DNA from: an uncultured Gammaproteobacteria bacterium
GTDB taxonomy: Bacteria > Patescibacteriota > Microgenomatia > Levybacterales > UBA12049
DNA: 64,000 nt
Reading direction: 5' to 3'
Assembly (NCBI GenBank): GCA_964372855.1
Contig: CAYJRY010000001.1
Location: 18,794-82,793 of the forward strand
Shown here: piece after piece, positions 1 to 9,041 of the stretch
How positions within the stretch are numbered: the first letter of the stretch is position 1
How the letters are laid out: the number at the start of each line of letters is the position of its first letter
The notes under the pieces: generated by a model
What the model was told of the DNA's origin: nothing
The model's input: only the letters and a program-made list of their open reading frames with translations
Databases searched by the model: none
Translations under genes and position numbers: made by a program

Positions 1-149
1 TCTCAATGCTTCCAATGTACAAAACAAAAACAAATAATAAAATAGCCTACCGAGTTGGTCTTAATGGCATAAATCTTCCCAGTGGCGTTACACTTACTGA
101 AAAACAGGTGGATTATGTCTGTCAAATGATAAATAAGATTCTTAAATAG
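1..149 (+). CDS. Partial CDS (C-terminus only, runs off the window start): DegT/DnrJ/EryC1-family sugar aminotransferase-like tail
   Basis: The frame that is open from the window edge to a TAG at 147-149 translates ...GLNGINLPSGVTLTEKQVDYVCQMINKILK*. This resembles the typical C-terminal LP..P.LT.....YV...I motif of sugar aminotransferases. There is no upstream context. Confidence 0.4.
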   Translation, partial: SMLPMYKTKTNNKIAYRVGLNGINLPSGVTLTEKQVDYVCQMINKILK

Positions 150-179
150 TAATTACACTTAATTCTTTTAACAAATTAA

Positions 180-944
180 ATGAAAATTTTTCTCTTAGCA
201 AATAACTGGGTAGGTTTAGAAGTTGCAAAATATCTTACGAAAAGAAAAGAAAATATTGTCGCTTTAGGTATTGCACCTTTGGAAAAACAAAAATTTACTG
301 ATGAAATAACTAAAATTGTAAACCTTCCTAAAAGATTAATTTTTGACGGATCAACCTTACGAAATCCAACTGTTATTAGAAAGATAAAAAAACTTGCACC
401 AGATATTATTATTGGTGCATTTTGGGTTACAATTCTCAAACCCGAAATTATTAACATTCCACCAAAAGGTTGCATAAACCTTCACCCGGGTTACTTACCA
501 TACAATCGCGGAGTCAACCCAAATGTCTGGCCAATAATTGAAGGAACACCTGCAGGCGTTACTCTTCATTACATGGATTCCAACATTGATACCGGAGATA
601 TCATTGCAAGGAAAATTGTTCAGATAGAAGTTTATGATACAGCTGAAACATTATATAATAAAACGCTTGTTGAGATTGTAAAACTTTTTAAAGAACAATG
701 GCCGCTTATAAAGAAGGGCAAAAATGCCATTACTCCTCAATCTACCTTACGTGATAAACCAACATTTCATTTTGCAAAAGATTTAGAAAAATTAGATAAA
801 ATCGATCTAGATAAAAACTATACAGGACGTGATTTAATTAATACTATCAGATCTCGTTCATATAAAAATCGTTTTTTTGCATATTATCTGGATCATGGGA
901 AAAAAGTTTATATCCGTGTGGAATTGTCAGATAAAGATAAATGA
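180..944 (+). CDS. Formyltransferase-domain protein, likely a sugar N-formyltransferase
   Basis: 254 aa. It has an Fmt/PurN-like core with INLHPGYLPYNRGVNPNVWPII (the HxSLLPxxRG formyltransferase signature) and a DTGDII motif. The stop overlaps the next start (ATGA). Confidence 0.65.
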   Translation: MKIFLLANNWVGLEVAKYLTKRKENIVALGIAPLEKQKFTDEITKIVNLPKRLIFDGSTLRNPTVIRKIKKLAPDIIIGAFWVTILKPEIINIPPKGCINLHPGYLPYNRGVNPNVWPIIEGTPAGVTLHYMDSNIDTGDIIARKIVQIEVYDTAETLYNKTLVEIVKLFKEQWPLIKKGKNAITPQSTLRDKPTFHFAKDLEKLDKIDLDKNYTGRDLINTIRSRSYKNRFFAYYLDHGKKVYIRVELSDKDK

Positions 945-1762
945 AAGGTAATTCACGATTCACTAAAATTGCAAAGGAAATAAGAAAAAATATTTTGTTA
1001 ATGGCAAATCGCGCCAAAAGCGCTCATACTGGAGGCGCATTATCGTGTGTTGAAATTATGGTGGCCCTCTACTTTGAGATCATGCATGTATTTCCCAAAG
1101 ACTCTCAAAATCAAAAAAGAGACCGTCTCATTTTTAGCAAAGCCCACGATGCCAAGGTATTGTATGCAGTACTCTCTAAGCGTGGGTTTTTTGATAAAAG
1201 TATTTTACAAGGGTACGAAATGGATGGAGGTCTTTTACCTGGACACGCGACTCGTCATTGCGTTCCTGGCGTTGAGGCTTCTGCCGGTGCTTTAGGACAT
1301 GGATTGTCTATGGCAGCAGGGATCGCATATGCCGGAAAACTTGATAATAAAAAATTTCGAGTTTTTGCAGTTTTGTCTGATGGAGAATGCGATGAAGGAT
1401 CAACATGGGAAGCAGCGCTTTTTGCATCACACCATAAGTTAGATAACCTTGTTACTATTGTCGATTATAACAAACTACAAGGCTTCGGGTTTACAAAAGA
1501 CGTGCTAGAACTTGAGCCTTTTACAGACAAATGGAAAAGTTTTGGCTGGGATGTTAAAGAAATTAATGGTCACAGTTTTGATGAGATTATAACAACTTTT
1601 AAAACTATCCCTTTTACTCACAAAAAGCCCTCTGTAATTATTGCCCATACCATTAAAGGCTTAGGAGGTGTACCCGCTCATGTAAATCAAGTTTCCTCTC
1701 AATACAAATCACCAACAGATGAGGAAGCAAATGAAGCAATAAAAAACCTAGACAATATATGA
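941..1762 (+). CDS. tkt: Transketolase, N-terminal (TPP-binding) subunit of a split transketolase
   Basis: 273 aa. It carries HTGGALSCVEIMVALYF, GHATRHCVPGVEASAGALGHGLSMAAGIA and SDGECDEGSTWEAALFASHHKLDNL, the classic transketolase N-terminal motifs. There is a 4-bp overlap with the downstream partner. Confidence 0.85.
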   Translation: MKGNSRFTKIAKEIRKNILLMANRAKSAHTGGALSCVEIMVALYFEIMHVFPKDSQNQKRDRLIFSKAHDAKVLYAVLSKRGFFDKSILQGYEMDGGLLPGHATRHCVPGVEASAGALGHGLSMAAGIAYAGKLDNKKFRVFAVLSDGECDEGSTWEAALFASHHKLDNLVTIVDYNKLQGFGFTKDVLELEPFTDKWKSFGWDVKEINGHSFDEIITTFKTIPFTHKKPSVIIAHTIKGLGGVPAHVNQVSSQYKSPTDEEANEAIKNLDNI

Positions 1763-2676
1763 GAATTGCTTTTGTCAACACATTAATAGAACATGCAAAG
1801 CTTGATAAAAGGATTATGCTCTTAACAGGCGATCTTGGTTTTTCTGTATTTGAAAAATATATCGAAGAATTACCCATGCAATTCCTCAATATGGGTGTCG
1901 CAGAGCAGAATATGGCGGGTGTTGCTGCTGGATTAGCAATGGAAGGAAAGATTCCAATTATTTATTCTATTGTTCCTTTTACGACAATGAGGAATTTTGA
2001 GCAAATAAGAAACGATATCTGTTATCAAAACCTTAATGTTAAAGTTGTTGGTGTTGGCGCTGGATTTTCTTATGGGCCTTATGGGCACACACATCATGCC
2101 TTGGAAGATATAGGAATATTGCGGACATTACCAAACATGGTAATTCTGTGTCCTGGTGATCCTCAAGAAGTGATTGCAGCAACAAAGGAAACATTGCGCT
2201 ACGAAGGGCCTGTCTATCTAAGATTGGGAAAAGCAGGAGAGATGGTAATTCATAAAAACACACCATCTTTTTCTATTGGAAAGGGAATTGTTATTGAGAA
2301 AGGGTCAGATATTGCAATCATTGCAACTTCAACAATGGTTTATAGGGCGTGGGAAGTTGCCCAAAAATTAAAGGACAAAAATATATCAACACATCTTGTT
2401 AGCATGATTTCCATAAAGCCACTAGACACAAATGTTATTTTTGAATCTGTAAATAAGACAAAGGCAATTTTTACTATTGAGGAACATAGTGTTGTTGGCG
2501 GATTAGGCAGTGCTGTTGCGGAGGTTCTTTCCGAAAATAGAGCAAATGCGATTTTTAAAAGAATAGGTGTTCCAGATCGTTTTACCAAAGTAATAGGAAG
2601 TCAGGAATATATGAGGACAGCAAATGGACTTACTGTCGAACATATAGTTAATACTATTTTGGAAAGGCTCAAGTGA
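1759..2676 (+). CDS. tkt: Transketolase, C-terminal (pyrimidine-binding/C-terminal domain) subunit
   Basis: 305 aa. It carries MGVAEQNMAGVAAGLAMEGKIP and FSYGPYGHTHHALEDIGILRTLPNMVILCPGD. It is translationally coupled to the N-terminal subunit. Confidence 0.85.
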   Translation: MRIAFVNTLIEHAKLDKRIMLLTGDLGFSVFEKYIEELPMQFLNMGVAEQNMAGVAAGLAMEGKIPIIYSIVPFTTMRNFEQIRNDICYQNLNVKVVGVGAGFSYGPYGHTHHALEDIGILRTLPNMVILCPGDPQEVIAATKETLRYEGPVYLRLGKAGEMVIHKNTPSFSIGKGIVIEKGSDIAIIATSTMVYRAWEVAQKLKDKNISTHLVSMISIKPLDTNVIFESVNKTKAIFTIEEHSVVGGLGSAVAEVLSENRANAIFKRIGVPDRFTKVIGSQEYMRTANGLTVEHIVNTILERLK

Positions 2677-2742
2677 AAAATTATTCATTGATACTGTATA
2701 AATGCCAATCGGATAATATACCAACGTCAAAAAAGTGGTTTG

Positions 2743-3942
2743 TTAAGAAGAGGCTTTCTTAAGAAAAGATGTAAATACATCTTTCAGTCTGTCAAGGTTT
2801 TTCTTTTCAAGACCATGGTGACAACCGATTACAAAACCTCTTTCCATAATATCATCTGTGATTGGATATCCTGGGTTATTTGTCCTATGAGGAATCTTGT
2901 TAAAACCTGGTTGTCTTAAAATATTCCCAGTAAATATCGGACGTGTTTGTATATTGTTTTTTTCAAGAAAGGTCATTATTTCTAATCTTGAAAAAGGAGA
3001 GGATTTTCTAATCGTTAATGGAAAAGCGAGCCATTGAGTCCTACTATACTTATTTTGTTCGGGAAGAATAAAAAACTTTTCATACTTTTTAAAGAATTTT
3101 TTGAGTTCTGTGAAGTTTTTTTCTCTGATTTTTCTGAATTCCGGAAGTTTTTTAAGTTGGATATTTCCAAACGCAGAGCACATTTCATTTGGAAGAAAGT
3201 TATAGCCGATTTCGTTAAATATATATTTAGCATCATAAGGTATATTTCCGACTTTTATTTTAAATCGCTTATTAATATCTTCAGATTCATCAAAAATAGA
3301 CGAACTTCTTCCCCATCCTCTTAAAACTTTTGCTCTATCTCTCCATTCTTTTCTATTAATCAAGATCATTCCTCCATTTCCTCCGGCGGTTATTATATGT
3401 GAACCAAAAAAACTTGTTGTTGAGATGTCGGAATATGTTCCTGTCGGTTTTCCATTAACCTGTGCCCCAAGTGTATCGCAAGAGTCTTCGATAAAAATGA
3501 GATTATGTTTTTGAGCAATTTTTTTTAATTTTTCCATGTCGGGAATATTTCCAAGAAGTAGTGGAATCATAAGAACTTTTGTTTTTTTCGTAATGAGTTC
3601 TTCCACTTTATTGACATTTATAACATAGGTTCCGGCCTCTACATCCGCAAAGACAGGAATAAGTCCATGCTGAACAAGCGGCGCAACTGTTGTTGAAAAA
3701 GTCAAAAGAGGAGTAATTACTTCAGAACCCCTGGGAAGATTTAAAAGTTCAATTGCAAGGAAGTTTGCTGATGATCCGGAATTAACCATAACCCCATATT
3801 TTTTGCCAAAAAGTTTAGCGATACCTTTTTCAAAGATTTGAGTTTCAATTCCCATATTGGTTCTATGCTCTTTAAGAACCGCAACCACAGCTTGAATTTC
3901 TTCATCATCATAAACAGAAAGTGCGTATGGGACTCTTTGCAT
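2743..3942 (-). CDS. DegT-fold PMP-dependent sugar 3-dehydratase (ColD / E1-like), not a true aminotransferase
   Basis: 399 aa with a DegT/DnrJ fold (VMVNSGSSANFLAIELL, FIEDSCDTLGA). The position of the PLP lysine reads SFFGSHIITAGGNGG, with His in place of Lys. This is the hallmark of GDP-4-keto-6-deoxymannose 3-dehydratase (ColD) and the CDP-hexulose 3-dehydrase E1. The C-terminal RPIFTGNILRQ is also ColD-like. Confidence 0.65.
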   Translation of the reverse strand: MQRVPYALSVYDDEEIQAVVAVLKEHRTNMGIETQIFEKGIAKLFGKKYGVMVNSGSSANFLAIELLNLPRGSEVITPLLTFSTTVAPLVQHGLIPVFADVEAGTYVINVNKVEELITKKTKVLMIPLLLGNIPDMEKLKKIAQKHNLIFIEDSCDTLGAQVNGKPTGTYSDISTTSFFGSHIITAGGNGGMILINRKEWRDRAKVLRGWGRSSSIFDESEDINKRFKIKVGNIPYDAKYIFNEIGYNFLPNEMCSAFGNIQLKKLPEFRKIREKNFTELKKFFKKYEKFFILPEQNKYSRTQWLAFPLTIRKSSPFSRLEIMTFLEKNNIQTRPIFTGNILRQPGFNKIPHRTNNPGYPITDDIMERGFVIGCHHGLEKKNLDRLKDVFTSFLKKASS

Positions 3943-4157
3943 AGTAATGAGTATATCATGGAAGAGCTGTAATTACCAATTATCCGTAGCTTCATAGAAG
4001 TATGCGTCGATTTCGCGACTGGTTACTAGATTACTGGTTTGTATCCTGTAATTTCTGATACAATGCTTAATGTGTTGCATTGTCTTTTTATGAATTTTTC
4101 CAACATTTATAAAGGTTTCTTAGTCATCATTATTCTATTTAGTCATCTAGCGCAGCC
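3943..4157. promoter_or_regulatory. Divergent intergenic region, which probably holds promoters for the 3-dehydratase (-) and a GT2 gene (+)
   Basis: This 215-bp gap is the largest non-coding stretch in the window. It lies between divergently oriented start codons and contains AT-rich TATAAA-like hexamers. No specific operator was recognised. Confidence 0.3.
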
Positions 4158-5204
4158 ATGAAGAATTTACCAACAATTTCAATTGTCACTTGTCTATTTA
4201 ATAGCGAGTTAACTTTTTTTCGTGAGGGGCTTAAGTCCATTGCGAACCAACATTACCCCAAAAAATTAATTGAGCATATCGTTATGGATGGAGGTTCAAC
4301 AAATGGCTCAATGGAACTGGCAAAAAAATATGGTTGTAAGGTTTTTGTGCGAAAAGATCTTCTTCAGCAAGCAGAAATGCGTATTGCAATTGGAATAATG
4401 AAAGCGAAAAACGAACTTGTTCTCATACTTGAGGCAGACAATATTCTCACCTCTCGTGATTGGTTGATTCGAATGGTAGAACCTTTTTTGTCTGACAAAA
4501 GAGTATTTTGCACATATAGCGCTTACTATGGTTACAAGAAAAGTCTCCCGGCCACAACAAGATACTCTGCACTCTTTGGGGCTCCTGAACCGACAGTCTA
4601 CTATTTAAATAAAAATGAGAAGATCTCAATAGTCGATAAACTGTATGACAAAGGAGAAATATTAGAAGAAAGAGGAAATTATTTTATTGTTCGTTTCAAA
4701 AGAGATAATTTGCCTGTCTTGGGAGATAATGGAACTTTATTTTTAAGAAGTGCAATGAATAAAGTAAATATTAATCCTCAAGAGTATATTCATCCTGACG
4801 CGTTTGTAAAACTGCTAAACCTTGGATATGATACAGTTGGAGTTGTAAAAAATGATCTCATTCATATAGCTAATCCCAATATTTTCGGTATGGTAAAAGG
4901 GAAGTTATGGCTAAAGAAAGTTTATGATAATAAGCGTTACAAGAGAATATATTATGTTTTTACCTGGAGATCAAAAAAGGATCTTTTTAATCTTATGAAA
5001 TTTATTTTCTTTTCAATAACCATTATAATTCCAACCCTTGAAGCTATGCGAGGCTTTATAAAAATAAGAGATTGGGCATGGTTTTTGCATCCTGTTATTT
5101 GTCTAGCAATGTTTTTTGGTTATGGCTGGTCGGAAATTTTATGGATTGTAAGAGGAAAGATAGTTCGATTGGATAAAAATACTTTCACATCTTTACCTTT
5201 ATAA
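4158..5204 (+). CDS. GT2-family (GT-A fold) glycosyltransferase with a C-terminal membrane region
   Basis: 348 aa. It has an N-terminal ISIVTCLFNSE...IVMDGGSTNGS GT2 core with an acidic motif (LEADN). Hydrophobic C-terminal segments are present. Confidence 0.6.
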   Translation: MKNLPTISIVTCLFNSELTFFREGLKSIANQHYPKKLIEHIVMDGGSTNGSMELAKKYGCKVFVRKDLLQQAEMRIAIGIMKAKNELVLILEADNILTSRDWLIRMVEPFLSDKRVFCTYSAYYGYKKSLPATTRYSALFGAPEPTVYYLNKNEKISIVDKLYDKGEILEERGNYFIVRFKRDNLPVLGDNGTLFLRSAMNKVNINPQEYIHPDAFVKLLNLGYDTVGVVKNDLIHIANPNIFGMVKGKLWLKKVYDNKRYKRIYYVFTWRSKKDLFNLMKFIFFSITIIIPTLEAMRGFIKIRDWAWFLHPVICLAMFFGYGWSEILWIVRGKIVRLDKNTFTSLPL

Positions 5205-6009
5205 TTATATTTACGAAAGAGTTGCCTTTTTTTATAGTTTTTGTGTTGTTATATTTATCAAACAAATAGAATATTTTTAAAACAAATTTAAAGAGAAATG
5301 AATCTTTGCTGGAATTGTCGAATCTATCAAAAGAAGTGAAAAACCCTTTATCCACAATATTCTTTCCAAGTCCTAGAACAAAATGTGCAAAAGGGAAACA
5401 AAAATGTGTTGTCCTTGTAATGTTGTTTATTTTAAATCCCGTTTTCTTAACTTTTTCTATTAGTTCATCTTCGTCGTACAATCTTACATGATAAGCCCAG
5501 ATACCAGCAAGCCACAAAATATGAGAAGGAATATGGGTATGAAAAAACCGCTCAAGAACCCAATTGATTGGATCCCAAAGAAATGGGTAGTTTTTATTGG
5601 GAACAGTAATTACTGCTATTCCCTGGGGTTTCAATACTCGGTATAACTCAGAAAGTACTTTTCTGTCATTTTTGATATGCTCAAGAACCTCGGAGCAAAT
5701 AATTTTATCAAAAACTTTATCAGCAAATGAAAGTTTTATTGCGTTAGCTTTTTGAAAATGTACGTTTGGTGCTTGAGCAAAAACTTTTGCTACCTGTAAA
5801 TGCTTTTCATTTATATCAATACCGGTATAAGAAGTCTTAGGGAAATACATCCCGATTATGTTTGCGTAAAATCCTCTCCCACAACCGACTTCTAGAATTT
5901 TATCGCCATTTTTAATATCAAGATTTTTAATCACCTCCTTTGCTCGTCTTCTAAATGCAGGATCAATTTCTTTTTGCAGGATTTTATTAATTGGTAAAGA
6001 GATCTTCAT
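5185..6009 (-). CDS. Class I SAM-dependent methyltransferase (paralog group A)
   Basis: 274 aa. Motif I is ILEVGCGRGFY. The shared signature ICSEVLEHI...VLKPQGIAVITVPNKNYPFLWDPINWV is also found in the genes at 17987-18871 and 51830-52507. Confidence 0.7.
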   Translation of the reverse strand: MKISLPINKILQKEIDPAFRRRAKEVIKNLDIKNGDKILEVGCGRGFYANIIGMYFPKTSYTGIDINEKHLQVAKVFAQAPNVHFQKANAIKLSFADKVFDKIICSEVLEHIKNDRKVLSELYRVLKPQGIAVITVPNKNYPFLWDPINWVLERFFHTHIPSHILWLAGIWAYHVRLYDEDELIEKVKKTGFKINNITRTTHFCFPFAHFVLGLGKNIVDKGFFTSFDRFDNSSKDSFLFKFVLKIFYLFDKYNNTKTIKKGNSFVNIIIKVKM

Positions 6010-6012
6010 AAA

Positions 6013-7110
6013 TTACGTAATTTTAAAAATACTACCTTGCATCCTATTTAACTGAATATATTCTTTTTCCAACATAAGTAAGTTATTAATAACTTCCCGT
6101 TCGTTTTTTACTTTTGAGGTTCTTATATAAACGCTTAAAAATAAATCTCTGAAAATTTTTAAAAACATTCTTGGAAAAATTAATGCAATACTTAAGTATA
6201 TCCAATATGTAATACTTTTTACCATTGTTTCATCAAGAATACGAACTCTAGCAGCAATATCTAATAATATTTTATTACCAACATTCATTTTTATCGCTGG
6301 GAAAAGAAGCACATAAATATTCATAAGCTCATTATGTAAAAAGGAATTATACTCCATAATGTTTAATTTTTTCTTGACCGCTTTAAAATAATTCTCCGAC
6401 TTCAATTTTCCATTTTTAATGTTAAATAAATGGTGTTCTTCATTTTTTTTAATAATTCTTCGCGACCAATATGCAACTAGATAGGGTTTCGAAATAAAAC
6501 AAGCGCCATATTTTTTGGCAGCATAAAATATATAATTAATAAATGGCGATGGATCTGTATTAACCACTTGTATATGTCTTGGAATAGAGTTTTTAATAAC
6601 TATACCTGTAATAAAATGGTGATGTGTGTTAAGGATAAACGATAGTACTTTACTATTATCCAAATTAGGCTCTAAATGTGAATTTTGTGTAAAAGTTTTT
6701 TTTATTTTAAATGCAAATATGTGTTTTCTGTCTAATGCGAGACAAACATAATTAATACGATAATATCCTAATTTACTTTTTATTATTTTTTGGTAAATTT
6801 CCATGAGGGCATTACTGTAAAGAAGAAAATCGTCATCTGCATGGATGAGGATATACTCTCCTTTTGAATGAATTACGGCATTCTTTTGGTTTTGGTCTAT
6901 TTCGATATTTCTTCTGGTTTTGTAATAACGTATTTTTTTGTTGTGCAATTTATCAATAACAGTTTTTGTGTGATCTGTGGAACAATTATCTGAAATAACT
7001 ATTTCATAATCTAAAAAAGTCTGCCTTAGAATACAAAATAAGGCAAATTGCAAATCATTTGCTCTATTATAGGTAGGAATAGCAATTGAAAAGAAAGGTT
7101 TTTTTATCAT
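6013..7110 (-). CDS. GT2-family glycosyltransferase
   Basis: 365 aa. It has FSIAIPTYNRANDL...YEIVISDNCSTDHT and an IHADDD (DxD-like) motif. Confidence 0.6.
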   Translation of the reverse strand: MIKKPFFSIAIPTYNRANDLQFALFCILRQTFLDYEIVISDNCSTDHTKTVIDKLHNKKIRYYKTRRNIEIDQNQKNAVIHSKGEYILIHADDDFLLYSNALMEIYQKIIKSKLGYYRINYVCLALDRKHIFAFKIKKTFTQNSHLEPNLDNSKVLSFILNTHHHFITGIVIKNSIPRHIQVVNTDPSPFINYIFYAAKKYGACFISKPYLVAYWSRRIIKKNEEHHLFNIKNGKLKSENYFKAVKKKLNIMEYNSFLHNELMNIYVLLFPAIKMNVGNKILLDIAARVRILDETMVKSITYWIYLSIALIFPRMFLKIFRDLFLSVYIRTSKVKNEREVINNLLMLEKEYIQLNRMQGSIFKIT

Positions 7111-7119
7111 AAGAAGAGA

Positions 7120-8055
7120 TCATGCCTTAGGGGTCGCTGTCTTTCGTGCTTCTTGAAAGTACGCATAAGTCAGCTTAATCCCTTCCTTTAAAGAGGTTTT
7201 AGGTGACCAACCTGTTACTTTTTTAATTTTTGTTATATCAGCATAAGATTTTAATGGGTCACCTTTTCGTTCACCTAGATCGATAAGTTCAAACTTCTTT
7301 CCTGCTATTTTTTGAAGTATGTATAAAATATCCTTCATTTGCACTTTCTTACCCGAACCAATATTAAAACTATGGATTCCTTCAAGATTTAGAACAGCCT
7401 GATGAGCCTTAGCTACATCCGCAACATATACATAATCTCTTATTTGTTTCCCTTGCCAATACCAGGAAACAGGCTTATTATCCAAAATGGCCTCAATCCA
7501 CATTGGAATTGCTCTAGTACGTGGCTTTTGTTCGTCCCGTGGACCATACACATTAAAAGGACGAAATGTAATGGTTTGAATACCGTATGAATGGTAATAT
7601 GCAGTTAAAACCTGTTCAAAGGCTAATTTTGATGCTGCATAGGCATTTAAAGGAACAGTTGGGTCATCTTCTTTAATAGGTGTCTTTTTTGGCTGCCCAT
7701 AAACAGATGATGTTGAGGAATAGATTATTTTTTTTACTCCTTTTTTTCTCATCACTTCAAGGAGTCTCATTCCATTAAGAACATTATTTTCAAAATATTT
7801 AATTGGCTCTTGGTAGGAAAATTCAATTATACTTGAGGCGGCAAGATGAATAACAACGGAAACATCTTCAAATTCTTTCTCAATAGTATGCACTTTTTCA
7901 AGCGGAATTTTTAAAAGTTTAGCTCGTTTATCAACAAAGCTTTCATATCCAAACCTCAAATCATCTATAACAGTAACAGCATGACTATTGTTACACAAAT
8001 GTTCTACGACATGCGAACCAATAAAACCTGCTCCTCCTGTAACTATTATTTTCAT
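7120..8055 (-). CDS. NAD-dependent sugar epimerase/dehydratase (extended SDR)
   Basis: 311 aa. It has a GGAGFIGSH Rossmann motif and the catalytic region SSTSSVYG...YAASK. Confidence 0.7.
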   Translation of the reverse strand: MKIIVTGGAGFIGSHVVEHLCNNSHAVTVIDDLRFGYESFVDKRAKLLKIPLEKVHTIEKEFEDVSVVIHLAASSIIEFSYQEPIKYFENNVLNGMRLLEVMRKKGVKKIIYSSTSSVYGQPKKTPIKEDDPTVPLNAYAASKLAFEQVLTAYYHSYGIQTITFRPFNVYGPRDEQKPRTRAIPMWIEAILDNKPVSWYWQGKQIRDYVYVADVAKAHQAVLNLEGIHSFNIGSGKKVQMKDILYILQKIAGKKFELIDLGERKGDPLKSYADITKIKKVTGWSPKTSLKEGIKLTYAYFQEARKTATPKA

Positions 8056-8651
8056 TGTTTTTTAACATTTTTAGTATTACGTAAGCCTACAATAAAGTCG
8101 TAATTAATTTTGGAAAATTGAGTTACAACTTGAAAAGTTTTTTTGTTTTTTTCATCTGATTTTTTTTCAAGATCCACAAAAATTTTTTGATGCATAACGG
8201 CCGATTGTGTTATTTTTTTATCCAGCCAGTCTGGAATTTTATTTTGTCTTATTAATGCGTTATTGTAGGCTTGAACAAGCATACTATAATAGTTTTCCCC
8301 TTTTAAGGCAGTTTCTGCAGCTAAATCATTCTTTCCTTTTTCCATTAGTAGTCTACTCGCAATTATCGTCTTATCAGCCATTAGCAAATTAAACTCAATC
8401 TTTTTAACTTGGTCAATGATAATCTTCTCAGCTATTTTGTTTCTTAAGACTTTAAGCTTATAAAGCCTATTATCTGGAAGCAATCCTACTGAAGATTGAA
8501 TATAGTCAACCGTATTCATTTTTAGGATTGCATTTTTCGCAGTACTTATAACACTAAACATAACAAATAATAAGAAACACATAATCCACAGTACCCAAGC
8601 TATTCTTAAAATTCCACTTCCATTAAAATAATTGGTAAAAAGATTATTCAT
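8052..8651 (-). CDS. Hypothetical membrane-anchored protein; possibly a distant relative of the secreted proteins at 32127 and 38610
   Basis: 199 aa. There is an N-terminal hydrophobic segment and then a hydrophilic region with no recognisable catalytic motif. It shows weak pattern similarity (LP..LY..K...EKI ... YY) to the two secreted paralogs. Confidence 0.3.
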   Translation of the reverse strand: MNNLFTNYFNGSGILRIAWVLWIMCFLLFVMFSVISTAKNAILKMNTVDYIQSSVGLLPDNRLYKLKVLRNKIAEKIIIDQVKKIEFNLLMADKTIIASRLLMEKGKNDLAAETALKGENYYSMLVQAYNNALIRQNKIPDWLDKKITQSAVMHQKIFVDLEKKSDEKNKKTFQVVTQFSKINYDFIVGLRNTKNVKKQ

Positions 8652-9027
8652 CGATCAATATTGCTTTTGCTATTTTTTTTATTTCTCTTTTTGCTTTCAA
8701 GTCTAAATATATTGCCAGTTTGTTAATTTTATTGATGTATGGCTTTGAAAGTCTATTAATATTACTGATATATAATTTGGATAATTTGTTAACCTTGTCA
8801 CTAATAACAAATCCTATGGCATAAGGAGCATTAAAGGTAAATGTTTTTATAGATAAAAGATTTAACTTAACCTTTGAAAATTTTTTCCTACTTTTTTTAA
8901 TTGGTAATTGACTAATTGTTGCAACAAAAAAAATAAATAAAAATGTAATTAGAAAAAAAAGGCTAGAAAAAAAATAATTGGGATGATAGATAAGAAAATT
9001 ATCGTATAAGGAGATGATTTCTTTCAT
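8644..9027 (-). CDS. Small membrane protein with an internal tandem peptide repeat
   Basis: 127 aa. It has a TM segment and then repeated NKLSKLYISNINRLSKPYINKINKLAIY units. Confidence 0.25.
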   Translation of the reverse strand: MKEIISLYDNFLIYHPNYFFSSLFFLITFLFIFFVATISQLPIKKSRKKFSKVKLNLLSIKTFTFNAPYAIGFVISDKVNKLSKLYISNINRLSKPYINKINKLAIYLDLKAKREIKKIAKAILIDE

Positions 9028-9041
9028 TCTGTTTTTTTACG

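Noticed and set aside
1047-1295. Short ORFs on the opposite strand or in an alternative frame inside well-supported genes (for example 1047-1295, 2039-2266, 3015-3324, 21214-21663, 54564-54897)
   Set aside because: They are fully embedded in longer ORFs that have clear family motifs. AT-rich sequence yields many spurious stop-free stretches. There are no independent motifs or RBS evidence.
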